From the NCBI RefSeq assembly GCF_009914755.1, contig NC_060927.1: a DNA stretch of 64,000 nt. One strand, 5' to 3'. This stretch comes from the human T2T-CHM13v2.0 reference genome, Homo sapiens. Both the position numbers and the translations under genes were made by a program. Positions 38,882 through 55,679 of this stretch are shown here, piece after piece (within the stretch, counting starts at the first letter, position 1; each line of letters begins with the position of its first letter). The notes under the pieces were generated by a model. The model saw only the letters and a program-made list of their open reading frames with translations. It was not told where the DNA came from and did no database searches.

Positions 38882-41096
38882 TTAACTTTGAGTCAGACTG
38901 AAGCAAAATTAGTCCGCCAGTATTGAGAAAGAGTGAGGGAATATCACTTGGATTCCTACAGAGAGTAAACAATAACAAGGGAATAATATGAACAAACTTA
39001 TGCCAAAAATTCTACATTTTAGATGAAGTAGACAAATTCCATGTAAGATACAAACTGTGAAAACTCACTGAAGAATAAATTAACTAAAGCAAGATATGTC
39101 TTTTAAATAAATTGAATTTATAGTTAAAAACCTTCCCATACAGAAAACACAAATCCAAATGGATTCGCTGGTACATTCTACCAAAAATTTAAGAAAGAAA
39201 TAATGCCAATTCCAAAAAAAAATCAGAAAATAGAAGAGGGAACACTTTCCTGATACCATAATCATATTATAAGAAAATAATTACATGACAATATTTCTCA
39301 TGATTGCAGATGCAGAAAATGTCATATATACAGGTATAATATACTTTATTACCAGAGAGAGTGTATTTCAGGAATGCAAATTTGTTTAGCATTTGAAAAA
39401 TCCATCAATGCAATTCACCCTTTAAACTAAATAAATTAGAAAAACACGTTTATAATAGTTACAGAAAAATAATCTGAAAAAATTCAACATGCAGACATGA
39501 TTTTTTAAAAACCCTGATTAAACTGGGAAAAAGTCTTTTTAAAAAGAAGAGACAAAGTGACAGGGCTTTCACTTTTTGATTTCAATAAAAAACTTAAGAT
39601 CAAGCAACAGTAATCAACACTGTGTGGTATTGCATGCAGATGAATATATAGATTAGAAGACTAGAAATAAACCCACATATATATGCTCAGTAGATTTGCC
39701 ACGAAGATGTTGAAGCAATTCACTTGAAGAAAGGACACTTCTAAACAAATTGTGCTGGAAAAACTGGATATTCATTTGGAAATAAAATTGATTCTCACCT
39801 CAGACAATACACAAAAAATAAGTACAAATTGATCAGAGATCTAAACATAAAGATAAATCCATAAAACTTCTAGAACACATAAATCTGTAACACTACTAAA
39901 ATATAAAAGAAAATCTTCATGACATGACAATGTACAAAGACTTCTTAGGGTATGACAGCATGAACCAAAAGAGTGATAATTGGACATAACCAAAATTTAA
40001 AAATTCCTGCTTTTAATAAAAAATTAAAGAGTCAAGCCACAGAGTGGCAGAAAATATTTATGTAAATTAAATGTGCATAATATATATTAAGAATGAGTTC
40101 CACAGATTTTTCACAGAAGAAGATATGTGAATGGCCAATAAATATGTGAAATGTTTAATATCATTTGCCATCAGGAAACACAAATTGAAACCACTACATA
40201 TACATTAACATGGCCAAAAATTTTAAGAGTGGTAGTAACAAGTGCTGTGGGGAATGTAGCAATTGGAACTCAAATTCATGTTAGTGGGAATATAAAATGC
40301 TACAACCAACTTGCAAAAACAATGTGCTAGTTTCTTATAAAGTTATGGATACACTTACAATGCAACTTAGCAATTCTCCTAGATATTTACCCGAGAAAAT
40401 GAAAACATATGTCCACACAAAGATTTATATACTAATATTCACCCAGATTTATACACAGGGTAGCTTTATTTGTAATGCCACAAAACTGGAAACAATTCAA
40501 CATTTATGAAGATGTCAATAGATAAGTTAATGGTACACATATGCACACAAACAATGGAACACTACTATGCAGTAATGAAATGGATAGAGCTACTGATGTA
40601 CAGTGAGGGTCGATCTCAAAAACATTGTATGAAAGAGGCTGGATAGAAAAGCATATACTATATTATTTCATTTGTGGGATAACTTAGAGTAGGCAAACTC
40701 ATTTATAGTGAGCGAAAGCAGATCAATGGCTGTCTGGTACCCTAAGTGTGATAATTCATGCTGAAGGGCACAAGGGATTTTCTGGGTCATAGAAATGTTC
40801 TAGTTCTTGATTGTGATGGTTGTTATATTTGGCAACATTCATGACTAGACACTTAAAATTGATGCATTTTATTATATGCAAATTATATCTTAATGAAGTT
40901 GACTTTAAAAAACTCAGTAAGTCTAGAGAAGGGATGCTGAATTGATCAAAAGGACTTGGGATGATGATAAATCTTGGGACTCCCACTTGGAAAGATGATA
41001 AATCTGAAATAAGATAAAAGGCTTTAAAATTTGAAGAACAGAAGTAGATGTATATATACTTTCTTTCCAAGATTTAATATTTTAAGAGGAAATGTG

Positions 41097-41521
41097 TGTC
41101 ATGAGCTGCATGTTTGTGTCCCACCAAAATCCATATCTTGAAGCCCTAACTCCCAGGGTGGCTGTATTTGGAGATGGGGCCTCTAAGGAAATAATTAAGA
41201 TTAAAAGAGGTTATAAGGGTGAGGCCCTGATCTGACAGGATTAGTGTCCTTATAAGAGGAGACACCAGAGTGTTCTCTCCCATGCACTCTGCTGTCCCTC
41301 CCTCTCTCCCTCAATGCCTGAACCAAGGAAAGGCCATGTGAGGACAAAGAGAAATGCTAGTTAGCTTTTTCAAACCAGGAAAAGCACCACCACCAGACGC
41401 TGAATTTGCTGGCATCTTGACCATGGACTTCTAGCCTCCAGAACTATGAGAAAATTAATTTCTGTTGTTTAAGCCATCCTGTCTGCGGTATTTTGTTATG
41501 ACAACCCTTGTAGCTAAGACA
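41097..41521 (+). mobile_element. MLT1A/B LTR
   Basis: 'gtatttggagatggggcctctaagga...ggattagtgtccttataagagg...gacttctagcctccagaactatgag'. Confidence 0.9.
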
Positions 41522-42149
41522 GTATCTTTTAAACTTGAAATGGTAAGTTTAAATAAATAATAGCTTCTAATATGTCACAGAAAATGTAGCAATATTATAA
41601 AACTCAAAAGTCCAAGAAGGCAGAGTTTGAATTAAAAAGAAGCAAGCGTAATAGTAGATCATGAAAAACAAAGTCATACATTGTTAGTAGGTGGAACATC
41701 AATAGAGTTTAAGGTTTATAGTTATTTTTGTAGTGGTAGGTCAAGAATGGAAATTCTGTCCTTCCACAAAGGGGTTAGGTGTAAGGTACTTTGTCTCTCT
41801 CTCTGTCTCGCACAAAGATAGTCTTTCTATGCATATTTCATTGTCTTATCTTTTGTTTCTTAACTACTCTTTGAATATTCTGTATACGTTAATATCACTT
41901 GTCATTGAGTCCACGGCTTCCTTACTTCTGTCATAACATATATTAAGTTGTATAAGGAAACCTAAAAACATATTTTCATGGTTTTCCTAGCACCCAGCAC
42001 AGAGCCTAATGAATTACAGGGACTCTATACCCTGTACCTGAATGTAATCTCTAGGTTTTCTTTTTCAGTCCTAATGTTCATAGCAGTTTGGCATCCCTTC
42101 CATTTTACACAGTTCTGCAGCTTAACAATGGCAAAGTAAAAGTAAAAAA

Positions 42150-42365
42150 AGCTCCAGGAAAAGAGTGAGGAAACTTGAGTTCTGGTTCTGTGAGTTTTTA
42201 ATCTTGTAAAATTTATCTAATCTCTCTGGCTTTAGCTTTTTCATCTATAGAATGGGGATAAAACCTGACTTCATTACTCCAGAGGATGTTATGAAAATGA
42301 AATGAGGTAATGTATGTGAAAATGACTTCTTAACTTGCAAGTTCAATATAAATATGTTATCATCA
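42150..42365 (+). mobile_element. MIR
   Basis: 'ttgagttctggttctg...aatctctctggctttagctttttcatctatagaatggggataa...aaatgaggtaatgtatgtgaaa'. Confidence 0.8.
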
Positions 42366-43499
42366 TTGTGTTTACCTTGACATTATCAGACCTTATAAAT
42401 TGTACCTGCTTTTGGGCCTAATATACAGAATTCACAATGTCCCTGTCATGGCTTGGTTATATTCCCATTGCCAAAATGACTTTTGAAGAGAAGGAGTAAT
42501 TGAGTTTACTTATATCAATTCTTTTTAATAGTCGGTATAAAAAAATTGTCAAATTCTTATTTTAAAATAAAAACAAGAAAAATTAATTTTATTACTATTC
42601 TTAATTTTGATTTCTCCTATAGTAATCAATACCTTATTTTCCATATACCCAACCACTCATGAAGACTTTATTATTTATATCATGAAAGATTTTCATTTAA
42701 GTCAGTTGAAATATGTATTAATATGTTATCCCTCATCATTTACCTAAAATTGGGAAAAAATTACATATAAATATAAAAATGCAGTGACACAAAAGCAATG
42801 AGTTTTACATTATCAACTCTCATACCAAAAATGTAGGCTTTGTAGTGTACACCCTTTTCCTGAAAGATGCAGCAAGCTTAATGCAGCACTAAAGAAGTGC
42901 ATTAAATTTTGTATGAAATGGAAACATGGAAATACCCATTTATTTGAACTTAAGGTTATGGCAAAGCAGCATATGATCAGGAGTTGTTGCATCAGCATCT
43001 GCAGGAACCAAAAGAGAGTGATGGAACAAATCTTTCAAAAATACATGTCATTTGCCAATTTTTTATGTCCTAGCTTTCCAACACTTTTTTAGCTTATACA
43101 GAATTCTCTCCACTCAGTGGCATATGAAATTTCTCCATGGAGTTTATGATGTTTTCATAAAATCAAGTAGTCTCTGACAAATTTATGTCCAATCCCTCCA
43201 TTAAAGCTCATTCTCCCTGTTCTTATTATGGAGGTAAGGTACCATTGTATCTTGAACTGATCATTTGTAGCCCACTATCAATAAATGCCAAACACCATGG
43301 AATTTCATTTCATTTTAAACATGTCATTTTTTTAAATGGTGGACTTTAAATAAATATATATATTTTAAATCCCAATATTTGTTTTACTACCACGGGAAAT
43401 ATTTCCTAGTATTCTTAGAAAAAACGTAAGTGCTCAGAAATACGTAAAATATACACCAGGGGTACAAATTGGAGAATAATCAAATATGCTGATTGGGAA

Positions 43500-43711
43500 A
43501 GTCATCAGGAAGTGACCCCTGAGATTGGTATAAAAGAATGAGCATGAACTTCCAGGAAGATAAGAAAAGGAGTACTTTCTATTAAAAGAAAATAGATGAG
43601 AATATTGAAGTGGTGGGGAACAAGGTTGGAAAAATAAGTAATTAGATTAAAGAGGTCCAAGTAAGAAGCCTGGACTTAACTCTGCATGCAAAAGGGAGAT
43701 GCCAAAGCATC
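43500..43711 (-). mobile_element. L2 fragment (continues at about 53130-53310 beyond the L1MB)
   Basis: 'catcaggaagtgacccctgag...agcctggacttaactctg...gggagatgcca'; resumes at 'agatcattcc...gggagaccagtgaggag'. Confidence 0.55.
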
Positions 43712-44530
43712 TTTTAAAAGTAATAGCTTTATTGCAATTTATTGATAATTCATCTTTTGGTGTTCATTCAGTGGTTTTTACTATATTCACAGTGTTATGC
43801 AATGGTCACCACAATATGATTTCAGAACATTTTTACTATTCCCCCCCAAAACACTCTGTACCCATTAATAGTTGCCCATCATTTACCCCTACCCATCCCC
43901 TAGCCATCACCAATCTACTTCTGTCTTTATGGAACATATTCACTATGTTTTATGTAAATGGAATTTCATAATATGTTATATTTTGTGGCTAGCTTCTTTT
44001 ACTCAACATAATGTTTTCAAGGTTCATCCATGTTGTAGCATGTATCAGCACTTCATTTCTTTTATGGCTGAATAATATTACATTTTATGGATGTACTACA
44101 TCTTTTAAATTTTATCAATTGCTGGATATTTGAGTTTGGCTTTTTGGCTATTATGAATTCTGCTGCTATGAATATCTGTGTACAAGTTTTGTGTGAGCCT
44201 ACGTTTATATTTCTCTTGGGTATATAGCTAGAAGAGGAATTACTGGGTTTTATGGATAACTTTATGTTTAATTTTTTGAGGAACTGCCACACTGTTTTCC
44301 AAAGTGGCTGCACTATTTTATGTTTCCACCAGCAGTATGTGAGGGTTCCAATTTCTCCATAGTTTTAGAAACACATGTTAGTGTCTATGTTTATTTCAAC
44401 CATCCCAGTGAGTGTGAAGTGGTATTTTATTGTGATTATGATTTGTGCTCCCCTGATTATTACTGATCTTGAGATTTTTACATACTTAGTGGTCATTTGT
44501 ATGTCATTTGTATGTTTATTCAAATTCGTT

Positions 44531-44892
44531 TGTGTTAGTCAGCCAGGCATATCATAAAAAACCACAGAGTGGGTGGCTTAAATAACACAAATTTATCTTC
44601 TCACCGTTCTGGATGCTGAAAGTCTAAGATTGAGGTGTTGGCAGGTTTTGTTTCTCCTGAGGCCTTTCTCTTTGGCTTGGGGATAACTGCTGGTCACCAC
44701 ACCCTTATTTGGCCTCTATGCCTGCACCTCAAAACTCTTCCTGTAAGGAAACCATATTGGATTAGGACTCCACCCTTATGACATCATTTAACCTTAATTA
44801 CCTAATTATACTACATATCTCCAAATAAAGCGACATAAGACATTAAGGCTTCAGAATATAAAATTGGGGGGTACACAGTTTAGTTCATAACA
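44531..44892 (-). mobile_element. MLT1A/B LTR
   Basis: 'accacagagtgggtggcttaaataacac...ctcctgaggcct...ggattaggactccaccctta...catttaaccttaattacc'. Confidence 0.85.
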
Positions 44893-44921
44893 CATTTTTT
44901 AATGGAGTTATATGTCATTTT

Positions 44922-45223
44922 TTCTTTTTTTGAGGCAGAGTCTCACTCTGTCACGCAGGCTGCAGTGGCTGGAGTGCAGTGATGCGATCATGGCTCACTG
45001 CAGCCTCGACCTCCCTGAGCTCAGGCAATCCTCCCACCTCAGTCTACTGAGTAGCTGGGACTACAGGTGTGAGCTACCACATACCCAGTTAATTTTGTAT
45101 TTTTTATAGAGATGGAGTTTTGCCATATTGCCCAGGATGGTCTCGAATTCCTGGGCTCACGTGTTCTGCCCACCTTGGCCTCCCAAAGTGCTAGGATTAC
45201 AGGTGTGAGCCACCATGCCTGGC
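44922..45223 (-). mobile_element. AluJ
   Basis: J diagnostics; 14-bp TSD ttatatgtcatttt at 44908-44921 and 45224-45237. Confidence 0.93.
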
Positions 45224-46654
45224 TTATATGTCATTTTAATTACAGAGTTGTAGAATAATTATGTATTCTGGATACAAGTCCCTTATTAGATGTATGAATT
45301 TACAAATATTTTCTCCCATTTCATGAGTTGATCTTTCTTGAAGGTGTCCTTTGAAACAGAAAAGTTTTAAATTCTGATGAAGTCCAATTTATCTGTTTTT
45401 TCTCTAACCACTTGTACTTTAAGCGTCATATCCATGAAATCATTGCCTGACCCAAGGTCACAAAGAGTTACTCCTGTGTTTTCTTCTAAGAGTAGTTTTA
45501 GATTTTACATTTAAGTCTTTCACTCATTTTGAATTAATTTTGTAGATGGAATGAGGTAGGGTTTCAACTTCATTCTTTTGCAATTAGATATCCAGTTGTT
45601 CCAATACTATTTGTTGAAGGCTATTCTTCCACTATTGAATGATCTTTGCACCCTTGTTGAAAATTAATTGGGCATAAATTCAGGCTTTCTAATATGAAAT
45701 CTGAATTCAATTCCATTGATCTGTATATCTTACATTATTTCAATAGCACATTGTCTTGTTTATTATACTTTTATAGTAAGTTTTGAAATTGGAAGTGTGA
45801 GTTCTCTAACTGTTCACTTTAAAAATTGTTACTTGCATTTCAGTGTGAATTTTAGGATCCATTTGTCAATTTATGCATAAAAGACAGCTGAATTTTTATA
45901 GGTATTATGTTGAATCTGTGGATCAGTTTGGAAACTTTATTGCCATTTTAACAATATCAAGTCTTTTGATCCATAGGCTATCTATACACATATTTAGTTT
46001 TTCTTTAAATTTTTTCAACAATGTTTTGTAGTTTTCAGTGTAGAAGTCCTGTACTTCTTTTGTTAAATTTATTCCCAAGTATTTTATTTTTTGATGCAAT
46101 TTCAAAACTGGTTCTCTTAATTTTTTTTCAGATTTCTCATTGCTAGTGTATGAATATACACTTAATTTTTTCATATTTGTCTTGTATCTTACAACACTGC
46201 CAAAGTCATTTGTTAGTTTTCATAGTTTTTGATAGATTCCTTAGAATGTTCTATGTGCAAGATCATGTCATCTAAAAACATGGTTTAACTTCTTTCTTTC
46301 CAATCTGGATGCCTCTTACTTCCTTTTCGTGCCTAGTTTCCCTAGCTAAAATCTCCAATCAGTGTTGAATAGGAGTAGCAAGAGTGTATAACCCCGTCTT
46401 CCTTATATTAGAATAAGACATTCAGTCTTTTTATTTTATTTTATTTTATTATTATACTTTAAGTTTTAGGGTACATGTGCACAATGTGCAGGTTAGTTAC
46501 ATATGTATACATGTGACATGCTGGTGTGCTGCACCCACTAACTCGTCATCTAGCATTAGGTATATCTCCCAATGCTATCCCTCCCCCTCCCTCCACCCCA
46601 CAACAGTCCCCAGAGTGTGATGTTCCCCTTCCTGTGTCCATGTGTTCTCATTGT

Positions 46655-50509
<3,855 letters not shown>

Positions 50510-50557
50510 TTATTTTGCTCGTTAGTTGATGCAGTTTCTTCCTAGTCTTGATGGTCT

Positions 50558-51571
50558 TTACATTTTGGCATGATTTTGCAGCAGCTGGTACCGGTTGTTC
50601 CTTTCCATGTTTAGTGTTTCCTTCAGGAGCTCTTTTAGGGCAGGCCTGGTGGTGACAAAATCTCTCAGCATTTGCTTGTCTGTAAAGTATTTTATTTCTC
50701 CTTCACTTATGAAGCTTAGTTTGGCTGGATATGAAATTCTGGGTTGAAAATTCTTTTCTTAAAGAATGTTGAATATCGGCCCCCACTCTCTTCTGGCTTG
50801 TAGAGTTTCTGCCAAGAGATCTGCTGTTAGTCTGATGGGCTTCCCTTTGTGGGTAACCCGACCTTTCTCTCTGGCTGCTCTTAACATTTTTTCCTTCATT
50901 TCAACTTTGGTGAATCTGACAATTATGTGTCTTGGAGTTGCTCTTCTCGAGGAGTATCTTTGTGGCGTTCTCTGTATTTCCTGAATCTGAATGTTGGCCT
51001 GACTTGCTAGATTGGGGAAGTTCTCCTGGATAATATCCTGCAGAGTGTTTTCCAACTTGGTTCCATTCTCCCCGTCACTTTCAGGTACACCAATCAGACG
51101 TAGATTTGGTCTTTTCACATAGTCCCATATTTCTTGGAGGCTTTGTTCATTTCTTTTTATTCTTTTTTCTCTAAACTTCCCTTCTCGCTTCATTTCATTC
51201 ATTTCATCTTCCATCACTGATACCCTTTCTTCCAGTGGATCGCATCAGCTCCTGAGGTTTCTGCATTCTTCACGTAGTTCTCGAGCCTTGGCTTTCAGAT
51301 CCATCAGCTCCTTTAAGCACTTCTCTATATTGGTTATTCTAGTTATACATTCGTCTAAATTTTTTTCAAAGTTTTTAACTTCTTTGCCTTTGGTTTGAAT
51401 TTCCTCCTGTAGCTCGTAGTTTGATCGTCTGAAGCCTTCTTCTCTCAACTCGTCAAAGTCATTCTCCGTCCAGCTTTGTTCCATTGCTGGTGAGGAACTG
51501 CGATCCTTTGGAGGAGTAGAGGTGCTCTGCTTTTTAGAGTTTCCAGTTTTTCTGCTCTGTTTTTTCCTCAT
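50558..51571 (-). pseudogene. L1 ORF1p, disrupted
   Basis: MRKKQSRKTGNSK...; premature stops at 51245 (CGA>TGA) and 50759. Confidence 0.93.
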
Positions 51572-52153
51572 CTTTGTGGTTTTATCTACTTTTGGTCTTT
51601 GATGATGGTGATGCACAGATGGGTTTTTGGTGTGGATGTCCTTTCTGTTTGTTAGTTTTCCTTGTAACAGACAGGACCCTCAGCTGCAGGTCTGTTGGAG
51701 TTTGCTAGAGGTCCACTCCAGACCCTGTTTGCCTGGGTATCAGCAGCAGTGTCTGCCGAACAGTGGTTTTTCGTGAACCGCGAATGCTGCTGTCTGATCG
51801 TTCCTCTGGAAGTTTTGTCTCAGAGGAGTACCCGGCCGTGTGAGGTGTCAGTCTGCCCTACTGGGGGGTGCCTCCAAGTTAGGCTGCTCGGGGGTCAGGG
51901 GTCAGGGACCCACTTGAGGAGGCAGTCTGCCTGTTCTCAGATCTCCAGCTGCGTGCTGGGAGAACCACTGCTCTCTTCAAAGCTGTCAGACAGGGACATT
52001 TAAGTCTGCAGAGGTTACTGCTGTCTTTTTGTTTGTCTGTGCCCTGCCCCCAGAGGTGGAGCCTACAGAGGCAGGCAGGCCTCCTTGAGCTGTGGTGGGC
52101 TCCACCCAGTTGGAGCTTCCTGGCTGCTTTGTTTACCTAAGCAAGCCTAGGCA

Positions 52154-52375
52154 ATGGTGGGCGCCCCTCCCCCAGCCTCGCTGCCGCCTTGCAGTTTGAT
52201 CTCAGACTGCCCTGCTAGCAATCAGCGAGACTCCGTGGACGTAGGACCCTCCGAGCCAGGTGCAGGATATGATCTCCTGGTGCGCCGCTTTTTTAAGCCC
52301 GTCGGAAAAGCGCAGTATTCGGGTGGGAGGGACCGGATTTTCCAGGTGCCGTCTATCACCCCTTTCTTTGACTAG
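52154..52375 (+). CDS. L1 antisense ORF0 homolog (frameshifted C-terminus)
   Basis: MVGAPPPASLPPCSLISDC...GPSEPG matches primate L1 ORF0; donor-like CAG|GTGCAG (52260) and CAG|GTGCCG (52346). No evidence of expression. Confidence 0.55.
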   Translation: MVGAPPPASLPPCSLISDCPASNQRDSVDVGPSEPGAGYDLLVRRFFKPVGKAQYSGGRDRIFQVPSITPFFD

Positions 52376-54039
52376 GAAAGGGAACTCCCTGACCCCTTGC
52401 ACTTCCTGAGTGAGGCAATGCCTTGCCCTGCTTCGGCTCCCGCTAGGTGCGCTGCACCCACTGACCTGCGCCCACTGTCTGGCACTCCCTAGTGAGATGA
52501 ACCCAGTACCTCAGATGGAAATGCAGAAATCACCCGTCTTCTGCGTCGCTCACGCTGGGAGCTGTAGACCGGAGCTGTTCCTATTCGGCCATCTTGGCTC
52601 CTCCCGACATTCGATGTTTCACCATCAAGTATGACATTAGCTGTGAGTGTTTCATCGATGTCCTTTATCAAGTTAAAGAAGTTCTCTTCTATTCCTAGTT
52701 TAAGTGTTTTTATCATGCAAAGTTGTTGGATTTTGACACATGCTTTTTCATTGTCTGTCAAGATAATAACATGGTTTTTGTCCATTATTTGATTCATGTG
52801 CTGTATTGATTGCTTTTTATATGTGGAAGCAACTTTTCTTCTGGGGTAAACCCATATTGTGGTGTATAATCCTATTTACATGTTGTTGGGCTCAGTTTGC
52901 TAATAATATTTTGTTATTGGTGATTTTTGCGTCTATATTTATGAGGGATATTGGTCTGTACTTTCATTTCTTGTGATATCTTTGCCTGGTTTTGATATCA
53001 GGGTAATATTGGCCTCATAGAAAATGTTAAAAGATTGTTTTGATAGTGTTTGAGTTGGTGTTTTAACATTAAATATTTTAAGTAAGACAGTGGTGCTGAA
53101 GCTTAACTTGGTCAGCGGTAATATAATTTTTCAGCGAGATCATTCCAAAGCATGGTGAATGGATTAGAAAATGCAGGTGAGACGTGGAGCCTGGGAGACC
53201 AGTGAGGAGTTAATGAAATGACTCAAATTGGAAAAGATAAGCTTCTGAATTGAGGTTGTGAGCATGAAGAGTTAAAGAAAGGACTAAGTACAAAACATAT
53301 TCAGGAGGTATATGACACATCTTATTTCTATCTTCTTTAAGTTGTCTTTTCTTGGTTTTCAAAGGATAGGTATACAGGCCTTTGAGGTTCTTTTATTTTT
53401 ATTTCTGTTGGTGCTACTGCTCTCCCTTTCTTTATGACACTGGTGTTAGGGAAATTATTATCTTTGCCTTTATAAAGCTGAGACCAGATGAATTTTAGAA
53501 AATAAACTTTGCTAAAGAACCCAGAGAAAAACAAAAGAGCAATAAGAAAACAAAGTGTGCACAAAATGCCTCAAAACACTATTAGTCAAACATATTACAG
53601 GTTTCTGACACCCCAGTAGCTAATTCTTAGCAGGCAAGCAAGCCCAGTACAAGGGCCTACCCTATACAAGGGTCAAACCCAGGAAATTCTTTTTTTTTTC
53701 TTTCCTCTTATGCCCCTTGTACCAGAGTTCACCTCCAAAGAGATTATCTATAAAAAATAATGAGTATTGCAGATGTTTGATGAGCCATTCTTGGTAAAAC
53801 AATTGCACTTTCATTAAGAGTCTATCATCATAGAAAGAAATTGTCTGGGAACAGAGAGTCATTTTCTATATCCCTCAAAGAATAAGGTCACTTAGGAAGT
53901 CCTTTCTTTCCTATGTGGCAGTGTTCAGTCTCAGATATTCTGCATCTTGGTAGAGATATCAGCTGTCTCTTCTGTCTCCCAAAGGAGACAGAAAGTGATC
54001 TACTCATTTATTCATTAAACTAACTCTTTTTATGACAGC

Positions 54040-54330
54040 TCGCTATGTATCTGTCAGTAACTTGCTGGGCCTTAGGTTACAATAAAAAGGTCCATTCATT
54101 GTCTTTAGGAGGCAGGAGTTGAGGGGACCAGGGCCAACACCTAGAGGGTCATTGTAGTACAGTATGATGAGAAAGATGATAAAAGTAGATGTAGAATGCA
54201 CAAAGAAAATACATCTCAGTTGAACATAATGTGAAGAAAGAGTGTCTTGGAAGGCTTCATGGAAGGAGCAATGGTTTGTCTTTGAATAATTTGTAGTGGT
54301 TAGCCAGGAGGAAAAAAAGGGGGAAATCAC
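54040..54330 (-). mobile_element. L2 fragment
   Basis: 'gtctttaggaggcaggagt...ggaaggcttcatggaaggag...gtggttagccagg'. Confidence 0.6.
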
Positions 54331-55011
54331 TACTGGGGAAAAGCATTAAATCAATTAACTAAAAACTACTTAGATTTTGCACTTATTTGCCTTCATGGTA
54401 CACTAAAATTCTCTTTGAAGTGTCCAAAATAGTAAACCAACTAGTCAACTGATAGAACACTGGAATGAGGCTCACAGATTGCTTAGTAGAATAAACCCTT
54501 CCACAAATTGCTGTGTCTTCCTAAGCCTTAATTATTTTAACCTTAAAACAAAGGATCTGAACTCTATGACCTTTTCTGTGCTTGCATTGTATGCTCTTCC
54601 TAAGAGGAATAATCACTTCTCTGGAAATGTAGAGATATCCAGAAGGGGCTTTTTGGAGTATAACTCTAATCCTGGGATAGTTGGAGAGTTTTTTGGTGTG
54701 TGGGAATTGAGTGGACTGGAACTGTAGGTAGCCTCAAACGCAGTTCTGTGGCTTCAGCACCACTTATTTGGGAGTTGATCAGAGGAGGGAAAGAAGGTAG
54801 AGATGGTTGTAATGACTTGGGTTGTAGGTGATTCAGAAAGGAATTTGAAAAGTTTAGTTATAGAGGATGCTTTTAATCTATTGATTTACTTTTACCTGCT
54901 CTACACATAGTTTTTTCTGCCATTCTGGAATTCAGAAACTGTGGTCTTACATAGCAACAGTGGGGTGTGTGCATCTACTCAAAGCACTTATGGGCCAGAA
55001 ATTCCATTAAC

Positions 55012-55041
<30 letters not shown>
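55012..55041. repeat. (TTG)10 microsatellite
   Basis: Ten perfect TTG units. Confidence 0.97.
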
Positions 55042-55044
<3 letters not shown>

Positions 55045-55399
55045 TTATCCCTAAGGAATCCTTTATCTTGTTATTCCTGAGTTTTCCAGAAAGGAAATGC
55101 AGAAAGTGTTAACTGCAGAGATATCATTCTTGTGGAAGATGCCTATAAATGTGAATTGTATACCAGAAACACAAACTAGTGTCCTGGGCTTAGTGCAGGA
55201 AATGTTTGACTACATATGGCTACTATATTTAAAGATTACAAGTCATAATCTTAAACTAAGATTTAACATACAAATTTGAATTCCTAGCTTCTCTGTAAAA
55301 TCAGAAGATTTGACAACATTGGATCCCTGATCTTAATGACAACAATTAGTTGTACTTGAGTAGTAGATGCCCCATTTATACGGGGGATGTGCTCATAAT

Positions 55400-55570
55400 T
55401 TTAATTCATTGTGTTTCAGTTTTTCTACTTTTAAATTAGAGGATAATAAGGGAACTGCGTCGTATGGCTTTTTTTGTGGATTAAGTAAATCAATATCTCT
55501 AAATCTCCTCAAACCATGCTTGGTACAAAATAGGTGCTATATCAATGTTTGCTCTGCTAGTGATTATTAT
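55400..55570 (+). mobile_element. MIR
   Basis: 'gtttcagtttttctacttttaaattagaggataata...gtggattaagtaaa...tggtacaaaataggtgctatatcaatgtttgc'. Confidence 0.7.
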
Positions 55571-55679
55571 CTCTTCCCAATTAAACATAGTCTTCACAAC
55601 TCTCTATTGTCTTGCATCCATCCTGAGTTACTCATTTCCTGCCTGGCTCCTATAAACATTTGTGTTTTGATCCCTGCTG

